In this document: positions 8,317 through 17,458 of the stretch, piece after piece
Layout: each line of letters starts with the position of its first letter
How positions within the stretch are numbered: position 1 is the stretch's first letter
Assembly: GCA_002011125.2 (NCBI GenBank)
Contig: MTMF02000009.1
Span: 936,989 to 1,000,988 of the forward strand
Direction of reading: 5' to 3'
From: Candidatus Hydrothermarchaeum profundi
GTDB taxonomy: Archaea > Hydrothermarchaeota > Hydrothermarchaeia > Hydrothermarchaeales > Hydrothermarchaeaceae
DNA length: 64,000 bases
The notes under the pieces: model-generated
What the model was told of the DNA's origin: nothing
Seen by the model: the letters and a program-made list of their open reading frames with translations, nothing else
The model's database searches: none
Position numbers and translations under genes: made by a program

Positions 8317-9585
8317 ATGTATAATGGAATGACTATTGCTGAAAAAATTCTGGCTAAGAAATCTGGTAAAAAGAAAGTCGAGCCAGGAGAAATAATTGAA
8401 GCTGAGGTAGACTATATAATGGTTAACGATGTCACGGGGCTTCCAGCCTTTGAGGTGTTTGAGAATTTTAACGTTGCGCCATTGAGAGATAAAATCGTAT
8501 TAATACCCGATCATTATGTCCCAAACAAGGATGTTCCTTCTGCAGAGCAAGCTAAAGCTATGCGAATCTTCGCTAAAAAATATAATCTACCCTATTATTA
8601 TGAAGTGGGAAGTAGTGGCGTATGCCATCAGCACATGATAGAAAAGGGATTTGCTGCTCCTGGCAGATTGATAGTGGGAGCAGATTCGCATACATGTTCC
8701 TACGGAGCTCTGGGGGCTTTCTCAACAGGTATAGGCTCTACAGAGGCTGCTTGTGCAATGGCTCTGGGTAACTTATGGTTCCGTGTTCCAGAATCCCAGA
8801 AATTCATTATAGAAGGAAAAACAAGGAAATATGTTATGGGGAAAGACGTGATACTTCATATAATTGGGGATATAGGGGTAGATGGAGCGTTATATAAATC
8901 TATGGAATTCTATGGTTCCACAGTTGAATCATTCCCATTAGCGGATAGAATTTCTATAGCTAATATGACCGTAGAGGCTGGAGCTAAGGCAGGTATTATC
9001 CCTCCAGATAATACAGTATACGAATACTTGAAGGGCAGGGTTATCGGGGAGTATGAACCAGTATTCGCTGATTCAACTGCTGAATATATTGAAACTTTCT
9101 CTTACGATGCCATCGAGATTCCATGTACAGTAGCTAAGCCTTATCTACCGTCTAATATTGCCCCTGCTTCTGAGCTTGGAGACATAACAATCGATCAGGC
9201 ATATCTGGGATCATGCACTAACGGGAGAATAGAGGATCTTAGAATAGCTGCTAAAATTTTGAAGGGGAAAAAAATACACCCAAATGTTAGAATGATAGTA
9301 GTGCCAGCGAGTAAGGAAGTATACGAGCAAGCCTTGGAGGAGGGAATCATTAAAGTTTTCCTAGACGCTAATGCATATGTCTCTGGCCCTACATGTGGCG
9401 CGTGCCTTGGCGGTTATATGGGCGTATTAGCGAGGGGAGAGAGGTGCATTTCTTCGACAAATCGGAATTTTATTGGCAGGATGGGTCATAAAGAAAGCGA
9501 GGTGTATCTCGCTAATCCTGCAGTAGTTGCCGCTAGCGCTATAACAGGTAGGATTACTGATCCCGGAGAGGTTGAGCATGGATAA
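8317..9585 (+). CDS. leuC: 3-isopropylmalate dehydratase large subunit (LeuC/HacA family)
   Basis: MTIAEKILA, DHYVP, GADSHTC, GSCTNGRIEDL, CGACLG, STNRNF; start could be 8317 or 8329. Confidence 0.9.
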   Translation: MYNGMTIAEKILAKKSGKKKVEPGEIIEAEVDYIMVNDVTGLPAFEVFENFNVAPLRDKIVLIPDHYVPNKDVPSAEQAKAMRIFAKKYNLPYYYEVGSSGVCHQHMIEKGFAAPGRLIVGADSHTCSYGALGAFSTGIGSTEAACAMALGNLWFRVPESQKFIIEGKTRKYVMGKDVILHIIGDIGVDGALYKSMEFYGSTVESFPLADRISIANMTVEAGAKAGIIPPDNTVYEYLKGRVIGEYEPVFADSTAEYIETFSYDAIEIPCTVAKPYLPSNIAPASELGDITIDQAYLGSCTNGRIEDLRIAAKILKGKKIHPNVRMIVVPASKEVYEQALEEGIIKVFLDANAYVSGPTCGACLGGYMGVLARGERCISSTNRNFIGRMGHKESEVYLANPAVVAASAITGRITDPGEVEHG

Positions 9586-10069
9586 GATAAGAGGACGTGT
9601 ATGGAAATTTGGGTCTAATGTTGACACTGATCAGATAATACCCGCAGAATACCTTGTTACAGGAGACCCTAAAAAACTTGCAGGACATGCTTTTGAAAAA
9701 GTTAGACCAGACTTCGCTAAAAAAGTAAAAAAAGGGGATATAATAGTTGGAGAAGAAAACTTTGGTTGTGGATCAAGCAGAGAGCATGCTCCGCGGGCTT
9801 TGATTGGATGCGGCATTTCCTGTGTTATTGCTAACTCATTTGCTAGGATATTTTTCAGAAATTCTATAAATATCGGCTTGCCTTTAATTGAGTGCGCCGT
9901 AGAGGCTACTGAGGGGGATATACTTGAGATTGATTTCGAAAACGGCAGGATATTGAATACGAACTCTGGTAGAGAATATCGCTTTAAGCCCTTACCGGAT
10001 TTCTTACTAGATCTTTTAAAGGCCGGAGGGATAGTAGAGTATACTAAAAGAAAATTAGCTAGTAACTAA
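9578..10069 (+). CDS. leuD: 3-isopropylmalate dehydratase small subunit
   Basis: NVDTDQIIP, NFGCGSSREHA, SFARIFFRN; YLVT loop is closer to the IPMI type than to HACN YLRT. Confidence 0.9.
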   Translation: MDKIRGRVWKFGSNVDTDQIIPAEYLVTGDPKKLAGHAFEKVRPDFAKKVKKGDIIVGEENFGCGSSREHAPRALIGCGISCVIANSFARIFFRNSINIGLPLIECAVEATEGDILEIDFENGRILNTNSGREYRFKPLPDFLLDLLKAGGIVEYTKRKLASN

Positions 10070-10528
10070 CTCAGTATACAATCTCGGTTCTATATTTTCC
10101 TCTGTGTAGCCGAGTGTCTTGATAAATCTAATTAAATCTCTTTTCCTGTGTTTCTCCGTACTTATGATTTCAAAATCAGCAAAACAGCCTGCCCCCTCTA
10201 CTTCATTCAATTCGATAGTTATATCCCCGTAGCGGTAAATTTTTCTTGTTTTTCTTACTACTACAAGCTCTTCAAATCCCAGTTTTTTTAAAATAGCTAA
10301 GAGTCCAACTTTTTCTCCTACCTCCACCTCTATTTCTCTAAAAAGAGTGTTTTCTCTGTCTATAATCTCTTTATACCCAAGAAAATATCTCCCCTCTACC
10401 TCTCTAATCCTAAGAAGCTTTCGATCAGGCATTTTAAAATAGGTGTCAATTTGCCTCTCTGACCTGATAAACGTGGCAAAAGATATTTTCTTTTCTAGTT
10501 CTTCTATACTTCGAAGCCTTATTTTCAC
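10055..10528 (-). CDS. CYTH-domain protein (class IV adenylyl cyclase/triphosphatase-like)
   Basis: QIDTYF, LRIRE, EIEVEV, VRKTRKIY, ELNEVEGAG.F..FE; N-terminal ExExK motif not evident. Confidence 0.75.
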   Translation of the reverse strand: MKIRLRSIEELEKKISFATFIRSERQIDTYFKMPDRKLLRIREVEGRYFLGYKEIIDRENTLFREIEVEVGEKVGLLAILKKLGFEELVVVRKTRKIYRYGDITIELNEVEGAGCFADFEIISTEKHRKRDLIRFIKTLGYTEENIEPRLYTELVTS

Positions 10529-11589
10529 TTCAATCTCGATTGGATCGCCTTTATGAATTCCTCTACCTCCTCTTTCGTATTATAAAAATGGGGAGATACT
10601 CGAACATAATCATCTTTTTTTGTTACCACGAATTTTTTTGGAATTTTAAAGTCATACTTAAATGAAAAAATTCCAGAGGTATTCTCAGGGGTTAATCTAT
10701 TTTCTAAGTTCTCATGAAAGATTTGCGTCAAGGATAAGACTCTTTTCTTGATCTTTTTAATTCCTATGGAAAATAGATATTCCAAAGCAGCCTTATAACC
10801 AAAAATACTGGCATGACAAGGAGTCCCAATTTCGAATTTTTTAGCGCCTTCAGCGGGCTCATATTCTAATTTGAAGTCAAAGGGATTTCTAGCGGATTTC
10901 CATCCGATATACGGAGGCTCAAACATATCTGTTAGCTCTTTCCGGATATAAAGCACACCAACTCCAGATGGACCAAGTTGCCATTTATAGGCTCCAGATG
11001 ATAAAAAATCTATTTTGGCTTTTTTTACATCCACCTCTAGGACTCCCATAGATTGGATAGCATCTACGAAAAAATAGATGTCTTTCTCTTCGCATAGCTC
11101 ACCCAAAGCTTCAATATCATGGGCGAAACCATTTTTATAGGAAACATGACTCACAGACAAAACCTTAGTGTTTTCGTTAATCTCTTTCTCGAAATCTTCT
11201 AAATCTATCCTCCCCTTCTTTGATCTTACAACTTTATACCTAAACTTCATCCAAGGATAAGTATTAGATGGAAACTCCAAGTCATTAAGTAATACCTCTC
11301 CTTTGCCTTTTAATCCAAGCATATTTGCTACTATATTTATTCCTTCTGATGTGCTGCCCACTAACGCTATCTCGCTGACATCAGCATTCAAAAGTCTTGC
11401 AATCAATTTTTTTGTTTTTCGTGCAACTTCATGCCAGCGCTTGTAGTAGAGGCCGCCATATTTTCTGGTTTCATAGTATTCTTGAACTGCTTCTATAACA
11501 GGCAAGGGTAATGGAGACGTAGCAGCGTTATTTAGGTAAACGTATTCCTTTGTAACAGGAAAATCTTCTCTTATCTTCTCAATATCCAT
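10525..11589 (-). CDS. Class V PLP aminotransferase / cysteine desulfurase-like protein
   Basis: YLNNAATSP, VDAIQSMG, SGAYKWQLGP, RVSPHFYNT. Confidence 0.85.
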   Translation of the reverse strand: MDIEKIREDFPVTKEYVYLNNAATSPLPLPVIEAVQEYYETRKYGGLYYKRWHEVARKTKKLIARLLNADVSEIALVGSTSEGINIVANMLGLKGKGEVLLNDLEFPSNTYPWMKFRYKVVRSKKGRIDLEDFEKEINENTKVLSVSHVSYKNGFAHDIEALGELCEEKDIYFFVDAIQSMGVLEVDVKKAKIDFLSSGAYKWQLGPSGVGVLYIRKELTDMFEPPYIGWKSARNPFDFKLEYEPAEGAKKFEIGTPCHASIFGYKAALEYLFSIGIKKIKKRVLSLTQIFHENLENRLTPENTSGIFSFKYDFKIPKKFVVTKKDDYVRVSPHFYNTKEEVEEFIKAIQSRLK

Positions 11590-11683
11590 TTAACCACATT
11601 TTCTTTATTTCTTGCACCGGTTAGAGTAATATATATAAGTAAGAGCAATATAATATCTTTCGGAAATATTTGGAGGCAAAATT

Positions 11684-12823
11684 ATGAAAGTTCTTGTCTT
11701 AGGATTAGGTCAAGCTGGCGGTAAAATAGCCGACCTGTTTTTAATGGATGACCGGAAAAGTCATGTCCCTCATACTTTCGAGGCTATCGCCGTTAACACA
11801 GCGATTTCGGATTTAATGGGTCTACAATATATACCCCAAGAGGATAGGATATTGCTTGGGGAAACAGCTGTAAAGGGTCATGGCGTGGGGGCAGATAATA
11901 AAAAAGGAGCTGAGATAGCCGAGGATGAGGCGGAGATTGTCTTAAACAGAATTTCTAAAACTAATGTTAGCAACATAGATGCTTTTTTTATAATTGCAGG
12001 CCTAGGAGGAGGTACAGGTAGCGGAGCGATATCAGTTATAACAAAACATCTCAAGAAGGTATATGACGAGCCAGTATATGCTATAGGCATTCTTCCAGCT
12101 GAAAATGAAGGCGACATTTATACACTCAACTCAGCGAGAAGTTTGAAGGCGCTTCTCCCGGTAGCAGATGCTACGATTCTCGTTGATAATGGGGCGTTCC
12201 TTAGGTCAGGTGAAAGTGTTAGAGAAGCCTATGATAGAATAAATGCAGAAATTGTTAAGAGGATAGGAATTCTGTGCAGGTCAGGAGAAATTAGGTCCCG
12301 AAAACAGGTAGGGGAGATGGTAGTTGACGCTGCTGAGGTTATAAATACATTCAGAGCGGGGGGAATATGTAGTATTGGATATGCGTCAGAGATGGTCAAA
12401 CGTGAAGGACTTTTCACAAGGATGTTCAAAAAGAAGCAGTATGAGATAGGCAAAGCTTCTAGGATACTATCTGTTACGAAAAGGGCAGTAAAAGGAAGGT
12501 TGCTTCTACCATGCGATTATAAAACAGCTAACAAGGCGTTGATAATCATAGCCGGGCCTCCCAGCCAGTTAGATAGAAAAGGAATCGAAAAAGCTAGAGA
12601 ATGGCTAGAGAACACTATAGCAGGTTCTGAAGTACGGGGAGGAGACTACCCACTTCCTAAGAGTAATTACGTTGGTTGTGTTGTACTGCTAGCTGGAGTA
12701 GCTAATGCTCCACGAGTTAAATCAATGCTAGAGAAGGCAAGATATGTCCAAGAGAAAATAGGAGAGGAGCCTGAGCGAGAAAAAGACCTGGACTATCTCT
12801 TAGGTGAGATAGACAATCTCTAG
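11684..12823 (+). CDS. cetZ: Tubulin/FtsZ superfamily protein, CetZ type
   Basis: GLGQAGGKIAD, KGHGVGADN, GLGGGTGSG, T7 VVDAAEVINT, amphipathic GLFTRMF loop, EVRGGDYP. Confidence 0.9.
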   Translation: MKVLVLGLGQAGGKIADLFLMDDRKSHVPHTFEAIAVNTAISDLMGLQYIPQEDRILLGETAVKGHGVGADNKKGAEIAEDEAEIVLNRISKTNVSNIDAFFIIAGLGGGTGSGAISVITKHLKKVYDEPVYAIGILPAENEGDIYTLNSARSLKALLPVADATILVDNGAFLRSGESVREAYDRINAEIVKRIGILCRSGEIRSRKQVGEMVVDAAEVINTFRAGGICSIGYASEMVKREGLFTRMFKKKQYEIGKASRILSVTKRAVKGRLLLPCDYKTANKALIIIAGPPSQLDRKGIEKAREWLENTIAGSEVRGGDYPLPKSNYVGCVVLLAGVANAPRVKSMLEKARYVQEKIGEEPEREKDLDYLLGEIDNL

Positions 12824-12824
12824 G

Positions 12825-13838
12825 GTGTATGGAATGCTCTCTTTGGTAGGAGTGGGAGGCGCCGGATGTAATATAATCGAGGCCTTCTACAGAAAAGACC
12901 TTATCAGCACTATCATTAGTAAAATTGGCGGAGAGGGATATGTCAGAGGGGTTGCTATCGACACTTCAGAGAGCATCGCTAATCTAAATTCTATTCCAAC
13001 TCAAAATCGAGTACTAATAGGAAGTAGTCGCGCAAAGGGTCATGGCACTGGGGGGAGCGTTGAATTAGGTAGAAAGATAATGAGCGAAGAATCAGAGCTG
13101 GCGATGAGTGCTATACGCAGGGCCAACGTAGAAAAGCCGGAGATATTCTTCATAGTAGCGGGCTTAGGTGGGGGAACAGGCACCGGAGGATTGCCAATTC
13201 TAATTGAAAGGATAAAGGTCACTTATCATGTGCCAATTATAGGCGTGCTGATTCTCCCTTCTAGGAGTGAGGGCACCTTATACATGAAGAATGCTTTCCA
13301 AAACTTTGATGCCATAAGCAATGCACTCGATGGAACGATAGTGTTAGATAATAATGTTCTCACTAATAGAGGAGAGGATATCCTTAACTGCTACAAGATA
13401 GTTAATGATGCTATTTTTAATTTTCTAAGCGTGATAGACCCTGTGTATATCCTAAGGGCTACTAGAGAAAAAATATCTACGATAGGGTTTATGAGGACTA
13501 AAGTGGCTAGAATTTCCATTAAAGAGTTGCTGGATAAAATGTTGAGAGACTACGTCTATTTCTCTATAGAAGATAAAAAAATAGATGAGATGCATCTAAT
13601 ACTAAACGGGGATATGGGTAAAGTGTATGGCCAGAGTTTTGCGCAGAAGTGGGTGAAAGAAAATTTTGACGTAGATGTGAATCTAGCTTTAAAGGATGAG
13701 CCGAATTCTAAATATTTAAATACTGGGTTGATTATTACAGGATTAAAGGATATTACCCAAGGTTTTAAAGTGGAAGAAGAAAAGAAAATCCCATCAGAAC
13801 TGGAAGACTTGTTGGGCGACATTAAGCCATTATTCTAG
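12825..13838 (+). CDS. Divergent tubulin/FtsZ/CetZ-like protein 2
   Basis: GVGGAGCNI, KGHGTGG, GLGGGTGTG, LDN; shortened and degenerate T7/C-terminal region. Confidence 0.85.
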   Translation: MYGMLSLVGVGGAGCNIIEAFYRKDLISTIISKIGGEGYVRGVAIDTSESIANLNSIPTQNRVLIGSSRAKGHGTGGSVELGRKIMSEESELAMSAIRRANVEKPEIFFIVAGLGGGTGTGGLPILIERIKVTYHVPIIGVLILPSRSEGTLYMKNAFQNFDAISNALDGTIVLDNNVLTNRGEDILNCYKIVNDAIFNFLSVIDPVYILRATREKISTIGFMRTKVARISIKELLDKMLRDYVYFSIEDKKIDEMHLILNGDMGKVYGQSFAQKWVKENFDVDVNLALKDEPNSKYLNTGLIITGLKDITQGFKVEEEKKIPSELEDLLGDIKPLF

Positions 13839-13846
13839 GAGGTAGG

Positions 13847-14662
13847 ATGATGAAGAAGATTTTGATATTCCTATTACTCGCTTCCCTTGCTCTAAGTACT
13901 GTAAGTGCTCAGATCCCAGACTACCTTAGAGCAGTTTCTTCAGATGTTTCTCCTTCTGTTCAAGCCCGGATGGGGCAACCTGTAGCGGCTTCTATGATAC
14001 TCAAAAGAGTTGGGATAGTTCCAGATGAGGCTAAATTAAATGTAACGGTAGACCTTGTTGCTCCTAGAGTAGAAGTTAGAATTGACCAGAATTACGAGGT
14101 ATTTGGCATTAATCAATTTGAAGTTCCTCTCCCGCCTGATGGTGTGGATGAAGTGGAAATAAGAGTTAGTGGATACGCGCCTTCAGTTGAGAAGGAGTCA
14201 AAGATTAGAGCGTTAGAAGTTAAAACATATGTTAAATATAAGGGTGAGGAAGGGGTATACCAGGACGATGGAAGCCTAACATTAACGGTGACAACGAAGG
14301 AAATAAAAGAAACACTCTTGGTGTTAGAGGACGCTAAAACTCTCCTTGCTCAGGCAGAGTCAAAGATAAATGATCTTAAACAAAAGGGAGTTAATACCGC
14401 AGAGTTGGAAGCCGATTTAATTAATGCTAAGGAGCAGATATCTAGGTCAGAGGCAGAGCATGAAAAAGGTGATATAGATAATGCTAAGTTTTTAGCAGAG
14501 CAGGCCAAAAAAGATCTGCAGGATATTATAAGTAGAGCGGAGGAAATGGGGGCAGGACCCGCTCCAGTGGACATAAAAAGGTATTTGACGATTGGTGCAG
14601 CGATCGTTGTCATACTAATAATAGCGTTTTACATTAGAGGTAGAAGAGAAGAGCTTGGATAA
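13847..14662 (+). CDS. Secreted, C-terminally membrane-anchored protein of unknown function
   Basis: Signal peptide ending VSA, beta-rich domain, helical/coiled-coil stretch, TM helix, tail RGRREELG; SD GGAGG. Confidence 0.8.
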   Translation: MMKKILIFLLLASLALSTVSAQIPDYLRAVSSDVSPSVQARMGQPVAASMILKRVGIVPDEAKLNVTVDLVAPRVEVRIDQNYEVFGINQFEVPLPPDGVDEVEIRVSGYAPSVEKESKIRALEVKTYVKYKGEEGVYQDDGSLTLTVTTKEIKETLLVLEDAKTLLAQAESKINDLKQKGVNTAELEADLINAKEQISRSEAEHEKGDIDNAKFLAEQAKKDLQDIISRAEEMGAGPAPVDIKRYLTIGAAIVVILIIAFYIRGRREELG

Positions 14663-14807
14663 CTTTTGAGTATCATTCAATTTTTAATCTCAGCAGCTTT
14701 CCAAAGAACTGTAATTGCCTTTTTTCACTTATTACCTAGGTGATAGCATAATTTTAAGAAAAGCTTGATTAGTATATATTACTTGTTTGTAAAATATTCA
14801 AACCTAA

Positions 14808-15527
14808 ATGGTTTTAGCTATGGGACAACCAGTCCTCTCCCTTATAATCCCCCTCTATAATGAGGAAAAAAGAATAAAAAATGTCCTTGAAAGATATGTT
14901 AAGTTTTTGGACAAAGAATTTGATAACTACGAGGTAATCGGGGTTTGCAATGGATGTACTGATAGTACTCCTAGTATAGTAAGGGAGTTTGGTAGACGGA
15001 ATAGTAGAGTTAAATGCCTACAATTTAAAGACAAGCTTGGCAAGGGAGGGGCAATATTAGAAGGTTTTAAGCTAGCCAAGGGAGAATATATTGGTTTTAT
15101 AGACGCTGATGATAGTGTCGCCCCTACTGAATTTAAAAAATTGATATCGGCATTAACTAATGCAGATGGGGCTATTGCTTCAAGAAGAATAAAAGGGTCC
15201 ATAATTCAAATTAGACAATCCCTGGTAAGAAGGATTTCAAGTAAAATCTTTAATATTCTTGTTAGACTTATTTTCAGACTTAATTTTATGGATACTCAAT
15301 GTGGAGCCAAGGTATTTAAGAAAGAGGCGGTTTTGAGTATTCTCCCAACGATGGTGCTAAAAGGATTTGAGTTTGATGTCGAGCTATTATGGAGGATGGT
15401 TAATAAAGGTTATAGAATTAAGGAGATTCCCATTGTTTGGAAACAATCTCCAGGATCTAGGTTTAGTTTAAAATATGCTCCATCGATGTTTTTTAACCTA
15501 CTTAAGTTAAGACTAGGTGCATGGTAA
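14808..15527 (+). CDS. GT2 glycosyltransferase (dolichyl-phosphate glycosyltransferase-like)
   Basis: SLIIPLYNEE, GKGGA, FIDAD, DTQCGAK, FEFDVELL. Confidence 0.9.
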   Translation: MVLAMGQPVLSLIIPLYNEEKRIKNVLERYVKFLDKEFDNYEVIGVCNGCTDSTPSIVREFGRRNSRVKCLQFKDKLGKGGAILEGFKLAKGEYIGFIDADDSVAPTEFKKLISALTNADGAIASRRIKGSIIQIRQSLVRRISSKIFNILVRLIFRLNFMDTQCGAKVFKKEAVLSILPTMVLKGFEFDVELLWRMVNKGYRIKEIPIVWKQSPGSRFSLKYAPSMFFNLLKLRLGAW

Positions 15528-15639
15528 AAAGGAAAGCATTATGGAGTTTAAGTCTAAATATTTAAATATCTCGGAATCCTAGAAAATTGCCGTTATCCTA
15601 ATTAAGGCACTGCTAAAGAAACTTAAGAGAGGAGTTTAA

Positions 15640-16794
15640 GTGAAACCATTCATAATTGGCATTGGAAGAGCAGGTTGTAGAATAGCGAACTTACTCCTAA
15701 CCAAGGGGTACAATGGTATCCTAGCAGATACAGAAAAGTCGGATTTACTCTTTTTTCCTTATAGATACAAAATCTTGTTAGGGGAAAAAATACTAGATGG
15801 AAATGGCACTGGCGGGGATATCGATATTGGAAGAGAAGTACTCGAATTAGAAAAATATAACATCATAGATCGTATCGACTCAATCAAAGATTCTATGGAT
15901 TGCATCTTTGTGATATCTGCGATGGGAGGTGGAACTGGAGGCGCGGTCGATATCCTCATAGATGAACTTAAGAAAAGTTATATGGAGCCTATTTATTATG
16001 CTGGAGTGCTTCCTTCCGTAGAGGACCCCTCTGAAATATTGGCTAATTTTTCAGATAATCTAAAGCGAATTGCGCCAATGAGCCATGGTTTTCTCCCGAT
16101 AGACAATGACCACATCAAGGGAAAAATGAGACTAAGAGGATGGTATAATCATATAAATAGCAAGATTTCAAGGTACCTACTCGACCTCTTCAAGGTTGGG
16201 GATTATAGATCTAGGGATGAGTTAGGTGAAAATGTTTTGGGAACAACAGATGTAATTAATACCTTTAAGGGTATCAGTAGTATTGGTATAGGACTTCATG
16301 AAGTTAAGGATGAGGGATTTGGATTCTTTAGACATACGAGTAGTGAAGATAAGCCTGAAATTGTTATCGCTTTAACAGAGAAGGCTGTAAGTAATACATT
16401 AATTTCGGTTGATATCTCTGAAACGAGAAAGGCTCTAGTCGTAGTTTATGGCCCGAGAAAGTACCTTGACTTTTTAGGAAGTATCCCCGCAAGATTATGG
16501 GTTGAAAAAAATATAGGTGGAGTAGAAGTGAGAGGAGGCGACATACCTTGGTCTGAGAAAAAAGACTTAGAGGTCATGGTACTACTCTCAGCTATCAAAA
16601 AAAATGATAGGCTTAAGTATCTCTACCAGCTGGGGAAGATTCAGAAAAATCGAGACGAATATATAGATAAAATAACCAAACTATACGATAAGCTCAAAAA
16701 CATGGAATCTAAGTTTATAGAGATTGAAGAGGATTTTAAGGAGATATATGAAGACTTAAAGAAAATAGAGGAACCGCGAGAAGAGTCATCTTAA
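15640..16794 (+). CDS. Divergent tubulin/CetZ-like protein 3 with C-terminal coiled coil
   Basis: GIGRAGCRI, GNGTGGD, AMGGGTGG, IDN, LGTTDVINT, EVRGGDIP. Confidence 0.85.
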   Translation: MKPFIIGIGRAGCRIANLLLTKGYNGILADTEKSDLLFFPYRYKILLGEKILDGNGTGGDIDIGREVLELEKYNIIDRIDSIKDSMDCIFVISAMGGGTGGAVDILIDELKKSYMEPIYYAGVLPSVEDPSEILANFSDNLKRIAPMSHGFLPIDNDHIKGKMRLRGWYNHINSKISRYLLDLFKVGDYRSRDELGENVLGTTDVINTFKGISSIGIGLHEVKDEGFGFFRHTSSEDKPEIVIALTEKAVSNTLISVDISETRKALVVVYGPRKYLDFLGSIPARLWVEKNIGGVEVRGGDIPWSEKKDLEVMVLLSAIKKNDRLKYLYQLGKIQKNRDEYIDKITKLYDKLKNMESKFIEIEEDFKEIYEDLKKIEEPREESS

Positions 16795-17232
16795 TTTCAT
16801 CAACATTTCGGTGATGTTATCAAGAGTCTGTATCAAGTCATCTATGTAGTGGGGAAGCACATCCCGGATTGTAACAATACCTACAAGCCTGCTCCCCTCT
16901 ACAACAGGCAGTCTTCTTATACCTTTTTTTATCATTAGAGCCGCAGCATCACCTAAATCGGAGTTTTTATCGATAGAGATAATAGGCGTGGTCATTATAC
17001 TTGTAATACTGTCGTTTAAATCCCTCTGTCTAGCGATAACTTTTTTTAGAAAATCTTTTTCGGTTACAATGCCTACCGGAGAGTTATCTTCTATGATAAT
17101 GATACACCCAATATCATTTTCATCCATTTTCTTAGCGGCTTCGAGTAAAGAGGCGTGGCTTGAAATAGTAACTACCTCTTTTACCATTATCTTCTCAATC
17201 GTTGAATTTTTGACAAGCAATTCAGTATTCAT
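16786..17232 (-). CDS. CBS-pair protein
   Basis: Two CBS repeats (VGIVTEKD; IRRLPVV...VGIVTIRD). Confidence 0.88.
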   Translation of the reverse strand: MNTELLVKNSTIEKIMVKEVVTISSHASLLEAAKKMDENDIGCIIIIEDNSPVGIVTEKDFLKKVIARQRDLNDSITSIMTTPIISIDKNSDLGDAAALMIKKGIRRLPVVEGSRLVGIVTIRDVLPHYIDDLIQTLDNITEMLMKLR

Positions 17233-17360
17233 ATCATCAGTAAGCTAAGGTATTAACTGCTCCATGATATAAACTTTTTGAGAAGAATCTAACTCAACTA
17301 AATTACTCTAGTTACTATTCAGGTACTTAGTAAACTCATTTTAATATTTTTATATTTTTT

Positions 17361-17409
17361 CAGAAATCTTTATAAGGTTAAAAGGAATTCCCTCAAAGGA
17401 GGAAAAAAT
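17361..17409 (+). promoter_or_regulatory. Putative BRE/TATA promoter and strong SD in front of the leuA leader
   Basis: cagaaa-tc-TTTATAA at ~17361-17375; AGGAGG at 17397-17402. Confidence 0.55.
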
Positions 17410-17442
17410 ATGAAAGGACGGGATTACGTTCTACATGATTAA
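17410..17442 (+). CDS. Putative leader peptide MKGRDYVLHD upstream of leuA
   Basis: AGGAGGAAAAAAT-ATG; 10 codons then TAA. Confidence 0.45.
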   Translation: MKGRDYVLHD

Positions 17443-17458
17443 CAAGTCTAGGAAGGGT

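Noticed and set aside
11684-16794. Calling the tubulin-family genes canonical ftsZ
   Set aside because: They lack the FtsZ NxDFAD T7 motif and GAG.NP loop; GQAGGK, GHGVG and RGGDYP are CetZ-like.
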